Shown here: positions 1 through 8,333 of the stretch, piece after piece
How the letters are laid out: every line of letters starts with the position of its first letter
Position numbering within the stretch: the stretch's first letter is position 1
Notes under the pieces: generated by a model
What the model saw: only the letters and a program-made list of their open reading frames with translations
Database searches by the model: none
What the model was told of the DNA's origin: nothing
Made by a program: the position numbers and the translations under genes
NCBI GenBank assembly: GCA_964516345.1
Contig: CAZEXY010000011.1
Span: 1 to 35,668 of the forward strand
Source: an uncultured Anaerolineae bacterium
Lineage (GTDB): Bacteria; Chloroflexota; Anaerolineae; S016-19
Reading direction: 5' to 3'
DNA: 35,668 bases

Positions 1-5
1 GGGTA

Positions 6-1400
6 GTGCATGTGCAGGGTTTTGCTCGCCGGGTAATTCTGAAAATAGAGAAAGCGGTCCCTCCGGTCAGGCCGTTCGGCATGCTGGCGTGGATTGTGCT
101 TGCCCTTGCTCTTCCTGCCGTCGGGGAGCAGGTGGTCAACCTCCTCGTAGGTTTGGTGGATGTTTACCTCGCAGGGCACCTGGATGCTGCCTCTGTGACT
201 GCTATGGGCATATCCCAGCAGTGGACGCAGGTGGTCATGGTGCTTTTCATGATCCTGAACGCAGGTTCTGTGGCTCTTGTGGCCAGAAGCGTTGGCGCTG
301 GTGATCGAGAGTTCAGCAATCACCTGCTGGCTCAGGCGCTCCTGTACGGATTCGCCATCGGCGTGGTAAGCATGATCCTGGTGTGGCAGTTCGATTTCGT
401 CTTGATAAAGCTTTTGCAAACCCCGGCAGAGGCGGTGATTGCTTCCAGAAAATACCTTCGTATAGTCGCTCTTGGTTTTCCGTTGTGGGGCTCGATGCTG
501 GTCGGCAATGCCGTCATGCGAGGTGCCGGGGATACGAAGACGCCTTTCATCATCATGACGATTCTGAACGTGGTGAGCATAGCGGCGGAGATTCTGTTCG
601 TATTCGGCTTCGGCGTAGTCAGAAAATCCGGGGTCATCGGCATTGCCATCGGGAGTGTGGTGGGGCTTGCCTTTGGTTTCGTCCTAACCCTCGCCATTTT
701 GATCGGAGGTAAGGCGAAGTTGAAGTTGTCCCGCCTGGAGTTCGTCCCGGATTTCTCCCTCCTGGTGCGTGTCTTCAAGGTCGGATGGCCTATGGGCGTG
801 GAGGCGAGCCTGGTTCGAGTGGCTTTCCTGATTCTCACCGGAGTGATTGCCAGCCTTGGGGCGCGGGCTTACGCTGCTTACAAGATAGTTTCCGTCACCG
901 GATCGATCACCGGAATGATCGGAGCTGGATTTGGGATAGGGGCGGCTTCGCTGGTGGGGCAGGCGCTTGGAGCTCGCAAGCCAAAGCGTGCCAGGCAAAG
1001 CGCCTATACTTCCACGTTCCTCGCTGCAATAGTGATGAGCTCCATCGGGCTTTTGTTCGTTCTGTTTCCCGCCAGCATCATCGGGATATTTACCCACGAC
1101 CGATCGGTGATAGAATTGGGCACTTTGCCTTTACAGCTTCTGGGTCTCGTTCAGCCGCTCTACGCAAGCCAGGTTGTTCTTTCGAGATCGTTGAGAGGAG
1201 CCGGCGATACTTCTTCCCCGATGGTGATAGGAACCGCCTCTATGTGGTCGATACGGTTGGGAGGCGCTTACCTTTTCGGACACATTCTCGGGCTCGGCCT
1301 CCTTGGGGTTTGGATTGCCATCATTGCCGATATGGGGATAAGGGGGATGGCATTCCTGATCTGGTTCCGGCGGGGGAAGTGGACTTCAATCAGTGTGTAG
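6..1400 (+). CDS. MATE family efflux transporter (NorM/DinF-like)
   Basis: 464-aa ORF that is hydrophobic throughout (about 12 helices). It has the N-terminal 'LALPAVGEQVVNLLVGLVD' segment and duplicated 'RGAGDTKTP' / 'RGAGDTSSP' loops in the two halves, as expected for the MATE internal repeat. The frame is open to the window edge, so the start could be GTG 6, ATG 81, or upstream of the window. Confidence 0.85.
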   Translation: MHVQGFARRVILKIEKAVPPVRPFGMLAWIVLALALPAVGEQVVNLLVGLVDVYLAGHLDAASVTAMGISQQWTQVVMVLFMILNAGSVALVARSVGAGDREFSNHLLAQALLYGFAIGVVSMILVWQFDFVLIKLLQTPAEAVIASRKYLRIVALGFPLWGSMLVGNAVMRGAGDTKTPFIIMTILNVVSIAAEILFVFGFGVVRKSGVIGIAIGSVVGLAFGFVLTLAILIGGKAKLKLSRLEFVPDFSLLVRVFKVGWPMGVEASLVRVAFLILTGVIASLGARAYAAYKIVSVTGSITGMIGAGFGIGAASLVGQALGARKPKRARQSAYTSTFLAAIVMSSIGLLFVLFPASIIGIFTHDRSVIELGTLPLQLLGLVQPLYASQVVLSRSLRGAGDTSSPMVIGTASMWSIRLGGAYLFGHILGLGLLGVWIAIIADMGIRGMAFLIWFRRGKWTSISV

Positions 1401-2321
1401 CATAGGACTCTCGGGCGTCTCTTCGTTTCCGCCGAGCCCTACCAGCGATATTCCGAAAATCGATACCGTCATTCCCACTATCTGTATCAGCGATATACCC
1501 TGTCCAAGCCATATCCAGCTCGTGAGCGCAGTGCCGAAGGGAACCAGGTTTGCTAGAGTATTCACCTCGAACGCCTTCAACACCCCGAGGGCTTTGTTCC
1601 ACAGCCAGTAAGCCAGCGCCGAAGTTACCATCCCGAGGAACAGGAGCCCGTAGATAGCGTGGATCGAAAAATGCGGCATGCCTTCCAGGGAGGCCGCTAT
1701 CGGGATAAGGGCTATGCTACCTATGCCCATTGGAATTGCCGATAGGGTAAGCGTGTCTATGGAGTCGTCCCTGGCGAATGGCCGTCCTATGATGCTGAAA
1801 GCTGCAAAGCCTATGTCTGCCGATATGACCAGCAGCACCGTCCACACCGGTGAGAACGCTTTTGGGGCGGAGAAAAACATGTAGGCTCCGATTATCATTA
1901 TTCCGGTTCCGATCCACTGTATCGCCGAAGGTATCTCCCTGAGCGCGAATATTCCCATCAAGATAACGAAGACCGGAATGAAATTGAACAGAAAAGCCAC
2001 CGTCACGGGGGGTAGGTACAGCTGGCTCCAGATTGCTGCCGTGTTACCGAAAGTGTAAGTGAGCAATCCGGATGCCGCCAGCAGTCCCCATTCCTTTGGG
2101 GTAAGTTTTGGCAGCACGCTTTGCCCTGTGATCACTCTGAGTACCTCGAGGGTGACGAATGCTATGAGGAATCTGACCGTGGTCAGGGTGACTGGTGGTA
2201 CTTCTCGCAACAGCCGGTTGATGAGCACGAACGAGAACGACCATATGGAGACGGTTGCAAGGACCATCAGAACTGCCAGGAACCTTCCGATTCTTGGCGG
2301 GCTGCTGCGTTTGAGTGACAT
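1386..2321 (-). CDS. EamA/DMT superfamily transporter
   Basis: 311-aa ORF with about 10 TM segments arranged as two EamA-like halves. ATG start. Its 3' end overlaps the convergent MATE gene by 15 nt. Confidence 0.8.
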   Translation of the reverse strand: MSLKRSSPPRIGRFLAVLMVLATVSIWSFSFVLINRLLREVPPVTLTTVRFLIAFVTLEVLRVITGQSVLPKLTPKEWGLLAASGLLTYTFGNTAAIWSQLYLPPVTVAFLFNFIPVFVILMGIFALREIPSAIQWIGTGIMIIGAYMFFSAPKAFSPVWTVLLVISADIGFAAFSIIGRPFARDDSIDTLTLSAIPMGIGSIALIPIAASLEGMPHFSIHAIYGLLFLGMVTSALAYWLWNKALGVLKAFEVNTLANLVPFGTALTSWIWLGQGISLIQIVGMTVSIFGISLVGLGGNEETPESPMLHTD

Positions 2322-2342
2322 CAGGCACCTGCCTTGAAAGAA

Positions 2343-2366
2343 GCGGGGGATACGTGCATCCCCCGC
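2343..2366 (-). terminator. Rho-independent terminator downstream of the EF-G-like gene
   Basis: On the minus strand: GCGGGGGAT-GCACGT-ATCCCCCGC, a 9-bp GC-rich stem followed by TTCTTTC. It begins 36 nt after the stop codon at 2402. Confidence 0.7.
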
Positions 2367-2401
2367 CCGAATTTGCCTGCCCTGATGGAACTTTGAGGGA
2401 G

Positions 2402-4468
2402 TTATTCCTGCTCTTCCCGCTCTCGCTTGAGCTTCTCTATCACCTGCTCGGCTATGTGCGCCGGTACGATTTCGTAGTGCGACAGCTCCATGGTATAGAC
2501 CCCGCGCCCCTGAGTCAGCGATCTCAGCTCAGTGGCGTAGTGGAGCATCTCCGCCAGCGGCACCTGAGCGGTGATGACGCTCTTCCCTTTTTCCTGTTCC
2601 ATCCCTTGAACCCGGGCCCGCTTGGTGTTCAGATCTCCGAGGACGTCCCCCATGAAGTTCTCCGGCACGACTATCCTGACGTTCATGATGGGTTCGAGCA
2701 GTACCGGCCCTGCCTCGAGCACGGCCTTTTTGAACGCCTCCCGACCGGCGATCTGGAAAGCGATGTCTTTCGAGTCCACAGGGTGTTCCTTGCCGTCGTA
2801 AACCGCCGCTTTCACGTCCACTACCGGGAACCCGGCGATGACGCCCTGAGCCATTACTTGCTTGATCCCTTTCTCGATGGAAGGTATGAAGGAACTGGAA
2901 ATGGCGCCACCGAATACCTCGTTCACGTACTCGAATCCGCCGCCTCTGGGCAGAGGCTCCACCCGAAGGTGGACTTCAGCGAATTGCCCTGCGCCGCCGG
3001 TCTGCTTCTTGTGTCTGTACTGAGCTCTCGCCACCTTAGTTATCGTCTCGAGGTAGGGTACCTTGGGTTCCTTTGTGGTGACGTTCACTCCGAACTTTTC
3101 CTGGAGGTATTTCACGGCCACGAGCAGGTGCATGTCTCCCATGCCTGAAAGGATGGTCTCTTTGGTGTTGGAATTCTGATGCCATTCCAGGGTGGGATCC
3201 TCTTCTACCAGTCTCGTAAGGGCGGTCCCGAGTTTTGCGGAATCGGCTTTACCTTTTGGATAGACTGCTACGGAATAGATGGGTTTGGGGAAAGTGATCC
3301 CTTTCAGCACTATCTTGTGCCCTTTGTCGCACAGCGTATCTCCTGTCAGAGTAGAAGATAGTTTCGCCACCGCTCCTATGTCGCCCGGGCCGATTTCTTC
3401 CACCGGAGTTTGTTCCTTCCCTCTCACCATGAACAGCTGGCCGATCCTTTCTTCGCTGTTGGTTCGGGGGTTGTATACTCTGGAATCCGATTTCAGTACG
3501 CCGGAATAGACCCTCATGTAAGTCAATTTGCCTACGTATGGGTCTGCCATGGTCTTGAAAGCCAGCACGGCCAGAGGTCCGGCCGGATCTGCCTTGAGTT
3601 CTGCTTCTTCTCCATCCACTTCGGCCTTTTCCACGTGCTCGGCGGCAACCGGAGCGTATTCCGTGATCACTTGCAGAAGCTCTTTGACACCAACCCTGGA
3701 GTCGGCGGCCGTTGCGAGCGCCGGAACGAGTGCGCCTTCTGCCACTGCTTTCTTGATCGCTTGGTGAAGCTCTTCTGGGGAGATGTCCTCTCCTTCGAGA
3801 TATTTCATCATGAGCTCGTCGTCCTGCTCCACCGCCATCTCTATCAGCTGTACCCGAGCAGATTCGGCTGCTTCCTTCAGTTCTTCGGGGATCTCTTCTT
3901 CTGTGCCGTCTGCTCCGGAGTATGCTTTCAGATTCACCACGTCGATCACGCCCTTGAAATCTTCGGCCGATCCTATCGGAAGGGTTAGAGGGATTATGGC
4001 CGCTCCGAAGATCTCCTGGGCTTCTTTGAGCACCTTTTGGAAGTTCGCATTGTCCCTATCCATCTTGTTGATGACGACGAATCTCGGGAGATCGAGCTCG
4101 TTGGACGCCGACCACACCAGCTCCGTGCCCACTTCGACGCCGGATACCGAATCCAGCACCACTATGCCGGCATCGGCGACGCGTATGCCCTCTCTTGTTT
4201 CGCCGATGAAATCGGCATAGCCGGGAGTGTCGAGCAGGTTGATTTTCCTATCGTTCCATTCCAGCGGTAACACGGACAGCTTGATGGAAATCTGTCGGGA
4301 GATTTCTTCTTCGTCGAAGTCTGAGGTTGTGTTCCCTTCCGATACGCTCCCCATCCTCTTGATGGCGCCTGCAGTGAAGAGCATTGCCTCCGAAAGGGTT
4401 GTTTTCCCTGAGCTCCCGTGGCCTAAAAGTACGATGTTGTGAATCCTGTCGCTACTGTAAGCCGTCAT
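2402..4468 (-). CDS. Elongation factor G paralogue (EF-G2-like translational GTPase)
   Basis: Full five-domain EF-G architecture. The G1 motif is 'GHGSSGKTTL' (EF-G2-type rather than AHIDAGKT). Also present: 'DTPGYADF', 'NKMD', and 'KKQTGGAGQFAEV...' in domain IV. I placed the start at ATG 4468 (MTAYSS), preceded by GAGGAGG. The track ORF runs 15 nt further, to 4483. Confidence 0.9.
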   Translation of the reverse strand: MTAYSSDRIHNIVLLGHGSSGKTTLSEAMLFTAGAIKRMGSVSEGNTTSDFDEEEISRQISIKLSVLPLEWNDRKINLLDTPGYADFIGETREGIRVADAGIVVLDSVSGVEVGTELVWSASNELDLPRFVVINKMDRDNANFQKVLKEAQEIFGAAIIPLTLPIGSAEDFKGVIDVVNLKAYSGADGTEEEIPEELKEAAESARVQLIEMAVEQDDELMMKYLEGEDISPEELHQAIKKAVAEGALVPALATAADSRVGVKELLQVITEYAPVAAEHVEKAEVDGEEAELKADPAGPLAVLAFKTMADPYVGKLTYMRVYSGVLKSDSRVYNPRTNSEERIGQLFMVRGKEQTPVEEIGPGDIGAVAKLSSTLTGDTLCDKGHKIVLKGITFPKPIYSVAVYPKGKADSAKLGTALTRLVEEDPTLEWHQNSNTKETILSGMGDMHLLVAVKYLQEKFGVNVTTKEPKVPYLETITKVARAQYRHKKQTGGAGQFAEVHLRVEPLPRGGGFEYVNEVFGGAISSSFIPSIEKGIKQVMAQGVIAGFPVVDVKAAVYDGKEHPVDSKDIAFQIAGREAFKKAVLEAGPVLLEPIMNVRIVVPENFMGDVLGDLNTKRARVQGMEQEKGKSVITAQVPLAEMLHYATELRSLTQGRGVYTMELSHYEIVPAHIAEQVIEKLKREREEQE

Positions 4469-4613
4469 TACGCCTCCTCGCAAGTTCTATTTTGTATAGC
4501 CCCGATGATTACGATTGTAAAAAGACGAAGGGCCTTTGATTGCTCGAATCCTGCTAATTTTATCCAATAAGAAAAGATGTGTCAATCACGGGCGGTTTGT
4601 TTCTCTCTCATAA

Positions 4614-4647
4614 CAGAAACGGCGTGGATTTGCCCACGCCGTTTCTG
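4614..4647 (-). terminator. Strong hairpin downstream of hppA (probable terminator)
   Basis: Perfect 14-bp stem (CAGAAACGGCGTGG / CCACGCCGTTTCTG) with a 6-nt loop, 28 nt after the hppA stop. The U-tract is poor, so the mechanism is uncertain. Confidence 0.5.
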
Positions 4648-4674
4648 CACCCATTTTGGGATGGGGAGAGTCCG

Positions 4675-6948
4675 TCAGTTTGCGCTGACTGCTTCTTCTT
4701 CCGCTTTTTCCATCTCCACCAGCGATGGGGCAGGGCGCTTGCTCATCCATATGGCCCAGGTTATCGCCGCCAGCATTATCAGTACGGCTATGAGAACCCC
4801 GATGGTCATGTGTGTGTATTTCACCACTATCGGTGCTACTATCAGTGAGACGAGGTTCATCACTTTGAGCATTGGGTTCAGAGCTGGCCCCGCAGTATCT
4901 TTCAGCGGGTCACCCACCGTGTCTCCAACGACGCTTGCTTTGTGGGCTTCGGAATGCTTCCCGCCGTAGAGGCCGTCTTCGATGGTCTTCTTGGCGTTGT
5001 CCCATGCCCCGCCTGCGTTGGCCATGAACACTGCGAGGAGCTGGCCGGAAAGTATCGCTCCTGCGAGGTATCCTCCCAGTGCCTGTGCTTGCAGCAGGAG
5101 ACCGATCACTATTGGCGTCAGGATAGCCAGCGTTGCAAGGGATAGAAGCTCTTTCTGCGCCGCGACGGTGGATATTTCGACCGCTCTGGCGTAGTCCGGC
5201 TTCTTGGTCCCTTCCATCACACCCGGCAGCCTGAACTGCCGTCGGACTTCCATGACCATGAGGCTTGCTGCCCTGGAGACTGCTTTGATCATGAGCGCAC
5301 TGAAGAGCCAGGGCATGGCCCCGCCGATGAGCAGTCCTATGAACACCATCGGCATTGCCACATTGATGCCGATGGTGGCGAGCTGGTGCTGCACAGGGAC
5401 CCCCATCGCTGCCTGAACCTTCGTGGTATCGGTCAGGAACGAAGCAAAGAGCGAGACTGCGGCGATGACAGCGCTGGCGATGGCAACGCCTTTGGTGATT
5501 GCTTTGGTGGTGTTCCCGACGGCGTCCAGGTCTGCGAGTATCTGGCGCGCTTCTTTGCTCAGGCCTGCCACCTCGCCGATGCCGTTGGCGTTGTCTGCGA
5601 TGGGCCCATAAGTATCCATGGCCACGTTGTTCCCGGTGAGCGTCAGCATCCCTATGCCGCTCATGGCAACTCCATAGAGTACGTATACGAAAGGCTCACC
5701 GTGATAGATCAGCACGGCAGCCAGTATCGTAAGGGCTATCAGCATGATGGCCCATACCGTGGACTCGTACCCTTCTGCGAGCCCGCTCAGGATCGTGGTA
5801 GCTGCTCCGGTCTGCGTCGACTTGGCGATCTCTTTGACCGGAGGGTAGTGCGTATCGGTGAAGTGTTTCGTGCTTTCGTCGATCAGAATGGCGAGCACTA
5901 TGCCGGCGAGGGTCGATGCGAAGACCTGCCAGTCGTGCATGTAGAGGAATGCCACGAGGGCAAAGCCTATTATCGAAATCACCGCGGAAGTGTAGAATCC
6001 CCGGTTGATGGAAGCCATGGCATCCTTGTGTCCGCCGAACTCCTTCACCTGGTAAGTTCCGATGATAGAGCTCAACACCCCGATCGCTCGCACCATCAGC
6101 GGGAACATGATCCATTTGATGCTGTGCGATGGGTCTATCGCCATGACCGCAAGCCCGAGGATCAGGCCGGAAACTATGGTGACTTCATATGACTCGAAGA
6201 TGTCCGCTGCCATCCCGGCGCAGTCCCCAACGTTGTCCCCCACCAGGTCGGCGATTACCGCTGCATTCCTCGGATCGTCTTCTTCCAGACCTGCCTCGAC
6301 TTTACCCGCCAGGTCGGCTCCAACGTCGGCGGCTTTGGTGTAGATTCCCCCGCCGACCCGCATGAATAGGGCGAGCAGGGTTCCTCCGAAGCCGAATCCC
6401 AACAGTGCATCTGGAGCCGCTTTTCCGAAGATCATGAATATCGTCGTGCCTCCGAGCAGCCCCAGACCGTCGGTCAGCATACCTGTGATCGTGCCGGAGC
6501 GATAGGCTATCTTCAAGGCCTCGCCGAATCCTTTCTTCTCCGCCGCGGCGGCCACCCGGACGTTACCTTCGAGGGCCATGTTCATGCCGATGTATCCAAC
6601 GGATGCGGAGAAGGTTGCCCCAAGCAAGAATGCTCCCGCCCGTCCGATGGCTATTGCAAGCTTGCTGAATCCTTCTTGCCGTGCTTCAGGGCTGATGTCG
6701 GTTATCAGCACGCTCAACGCCAGCAAGACCACCAGCAGGATGATGAACCAGGCTATGGTCTTCAATTGCTTCCTGAGGTAAGCATTTCCGCCGGTCTTGA
6801 TGTCCTGCCAGATCGCCTGCATCTCCGGCGTGCCTTTGTCGGCGGATAGAGTTTGCCTGGCGAGATAGTAGGCGTACAGAAGCCCCAGAAAGGCTACGCC
6901 GAGAATGAGCCACAGGGTGATGACTTCGAACTGCCCAAATCCATGCAT
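4675..6948 (-). CDS. hppA: Membrane-bound proton-translocating pyrophosphatase (K+-independent type)
   Basis: M-PPase signature blocks are present: 'AADVGADLAGKVEAGLEEDDPRNAAVIADLVGDNVGDCAGMAADIFESY' and 'DNAKK..E'. 'VGNTTKAITKG' has Lys at the position that, from the literature, marks K+-independent enzymes. The start is ATG 6948 (MHGFGQ), preceded by GGAGGAGG. The upstream 32 codons of the track ORF were rejected. Confidence 0.92.
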   Translation of the reverse strand: MHGFGQFEVITLWLILGVAFLGLLYAYYLARQTLSADKGTPEMQAIWQDIKTGGNAYLRKQLKTIAWFIILLVVLLALSVLITDISPEARQEGFSKLAIAIGRAGAFLLGATFSASVGYIGMNMALEGNVRVAAAAEKKGFGEALKIAYRSGTITGMLTDGLGLLGGTTIFMIFGKAAPDALLGFGFGGTLLALFMRVGGGIYTKAADVGADLAGKVEAGLEEDDPRNAAVIADLVGDNVGDCAGMAADIFESYEVTIVSGLILGLAVMAIDPSHSIKWIMFPLMVRAIGVLSSIIGTYQVKEFGGHKDAMASINRGFYTSAVISIIGFALVAFLYMHDWQVFASTLAGIVLAILIDESTKHFTDTHYPPVKEIAKSTQTGAATTILSGLAEGYESTVWAIMLIALTILAAVLIYHGEPFVYVLYGVAMSGIGMLTLTGNNVAMDTYGPIADNANGIGEVAGLSKEARQILADLDAVGNTTKAITKGVAIASAVIAAVSLFASFLTDTTKVQAAMGVPVQHQLATIGINVAMPMVFIGLLIGGAMPWLFSALMIKAVSRAASLMVMEVRRQFRLPGVMEGTKKPDYARAVEISTVAAQKELLSLATLAILTPIVIGLLLQAQALGGYLAGAILSGQLLAVFMANAGGAWDNAKKTIEDGLYGGKHSEAHKASVVGDTVGDPLKDTAGPALNPMLKVMNLVSLIVAPIVVKYTHMTIGVLIAVLIMLAAITWAIWMSKRPAPSLVEMEKAEEEAVSAN

Positions 6949-7002
6949 ACGACCTCCTCCTTGCGGTGAAATCTGCCAGATTTTACTGGCGTAAATAAAA
7001 AT

Positions 7003-7039
7003 AAGCCTCTCTATATGTATCGTTCCCAAAGAGAGGCCT
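7003..7039 (-). terminator. Terminator-like hairpin plus U-tract, either in the hppA leader or the terminator of the upstream operon
   Basis: On the minus strand: AGGCCTCTCT-17 nt-AGAGAGGCTT, followed directly by ATTTTTATTTAC. It lies between a good promoter match (7100..7128) and the hppA RBS. Confidence 0.4.
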
Positions 7040-7099
7040 GTCACGAAAGTTACATCGTTAGGCCCCTTTGCCGACGATGATGTTAACTAACTGGTCACA

Positions 7100-7128
7100 A
7101 TTTTAAAGTCGTGCTTCCTATAAGTCAA
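7100..7128 (-). promoter_or_regulatory. Sigma70-like promoter candidate for hppA
   Basis: On the minus strand: TTGACT-17 nt-TAAAAT, in the most AT-rich stretch of the window, immediately after the stop of the upstream gene. Confidence 0.45.
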
Positions 7129-7144
7129 ATATTCTTTGGCAATT

Positions 7145-7819
7145 TCATTCCTGTCGTTGGCTGGCGAATCCCAAAAGTTTGCTTCCATCCCATAGTAGGT
7201 CTGCCCAGACGGCACGCATCTCTTCTTCGGTTGAAAAGCTCAGGAAAGTCGATAATTCTTTCGGTTTTTCTTTCTCGGAATCGATGTGACGTATACGGAG
7301 ACACCTTTTGCTTTCCCCGGAGAAGATCACAGTACCCGGAACGAGTTCGACCATTTGGTCGTATTTGAAGAAAATGTACCAAAGCCCCAGATCTTCCTCC
7401 GGCCATTTGCCTACCAAAAGGTATCTGGAAGCCGGGACCCAGGCCATGATTGCGTGTTCCCGGTTGTTGAACGTCCTGAAATACGCTTCCAAGTTTGCAA
7501 ATTTCTTCCGTTTGCCTTCGACCTCGAATTGGCCGGTGGCTCGTATGTGTACTTTTTCTTCCGGGCGCAGCGGAGCAGGGTCGGGAGGAGTTTCCCCTGA
7601 GGGCTTGAACTCGACATACAGGCTTTTCTCTCCCACGGCTTCCAGAAGAAAGGAAATCAGGAGCAGAACCAGAGCCAGGATAGCCGTCCAGATCGGCGCA
7701 TGCCTGATGAAAAGGTACACTGCGGTCGCTGCAACGCCCACCCTGATCCACCTCAACAACGGCCACCCCCAGAGTCGATGGTTTTTCAGGTTGTACAGGA
7801 TTCCTGTGGCTCTGGACAT
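7145..7819 (-). CDS. Hypothetical membrane protein (N-terminal 2-TM hairpin plus a soluble domain of about 150 aa)
   Basis: 224-aa ORF. Two hydrophobic helices (WIRVGVAATAVYLFI, IWTAILALVLLLISFLLEAV) are followed by a charged beta-rich-looking domain. I recognise no family. The start lies 3 nt after the stop of the upstream ThrRS-ED-like gene. Confidence 0.6.
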   Translation of the reverse strand: MSRATGILYNLKNHRLWGWPLLRWIRVGVAATAVYLFIRHAPIWTAILALVLLLISFLLEAVGEKSLYVEFKPSGETPPDPAPLRPEEKVHIRATGQFEVEGKRKKFANLEAYFRTFNNREHAIMAWVPASRYLLVGKWPEEDLGLWYIFFKYDQMVELVPGTVIFSGESKRCLRIRHIDSEKEKPKELSTFLSFSTEEEMRAVWADLLWDGSKLLGFASQRQE

Positions 7820-7822
7820 CCT

Positions 7823-8236
7823 TCAGATTTCTTTCCACACCCTGGCTATCGGTTCTCCTCCTACCGACAGAGTGATATCACACGTGTAGCCGAAGGGCGT
7901 TATCCAGACCTCGTATCCCGTGCGTTTCAATCTTTCCGACAGGTCGACGAGAAAATCCCAGGCAAACTCAGGTTCGGCGCTTTCTTTGCTTCCCAGATGG
8001 GCAAAAGAATGTAGGACGATCTTACGAAATCCTTTTTTGTTTGCCTGCCACTTGATTTGCTTGAGGGTCTTCTTGAAGACGGAATCTCTGTTCTCCGCAT
8101 CACGTTTTTCCAATTGGATGAACGCTACGAGAGCATCTTCCACATCACCCGACATCTGCTGCTCCACGTCCCAATCGAGGACTTTTTCGGCAGCCTCCCA
8201 CTTGAAATTCCTGGCCAGCCAGGATAGCATCCTCAT
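7823..8236 (-). CDS. Stand-alone homologue of the archaeal threonyl-tRNA synthetase editing domain (tRNA-Thr_ED / DTD-like fold)
   Basis: The 137-aa ORF is colinear with the Pyrococcus ThrRS N-terminal editing domain as I remember it. Blocks: MRMLSWLA.., EDALVAFIQLEKRD, IVLHSFAHLGS, LKRTGYEV, TPFGYTCDITLSVGGEPI. The RBS GGAGGTG lies 5 nt upstream of the ATG. Confidence 0.7.
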   Translation of the reverse strand: MRMLSWLARNFKWEAAEKVLDWDVEQQMSGDVEDALVAFIQLEKRDAENRDSVFKKTLKQIKWQANKKGFRKIVLHSFAHLGSKESAEPEFAWDFLVDLSERLKRTGYEVWITPFGYTCDITLSVGGEPIARVWKEI

Positions 8237-8333
8237 CGATCACCTCCGAAAGAAGTTTGCATCGACCACATTGTACCCGATACTGCCGTATCGCTGGAAA
8301 TTCTGCGGAATTGCGTTCCGGTGCAATCGGCGG

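Noticed and set aside
1386-1400. A 15-nt overlap of the convergent MATE and EamA 3' ends, with no terminator between them.
   Set aside because: Short convergent overlaps are common in compact genomes, and nothing else is unusual here. I note it only as an annotation detail.
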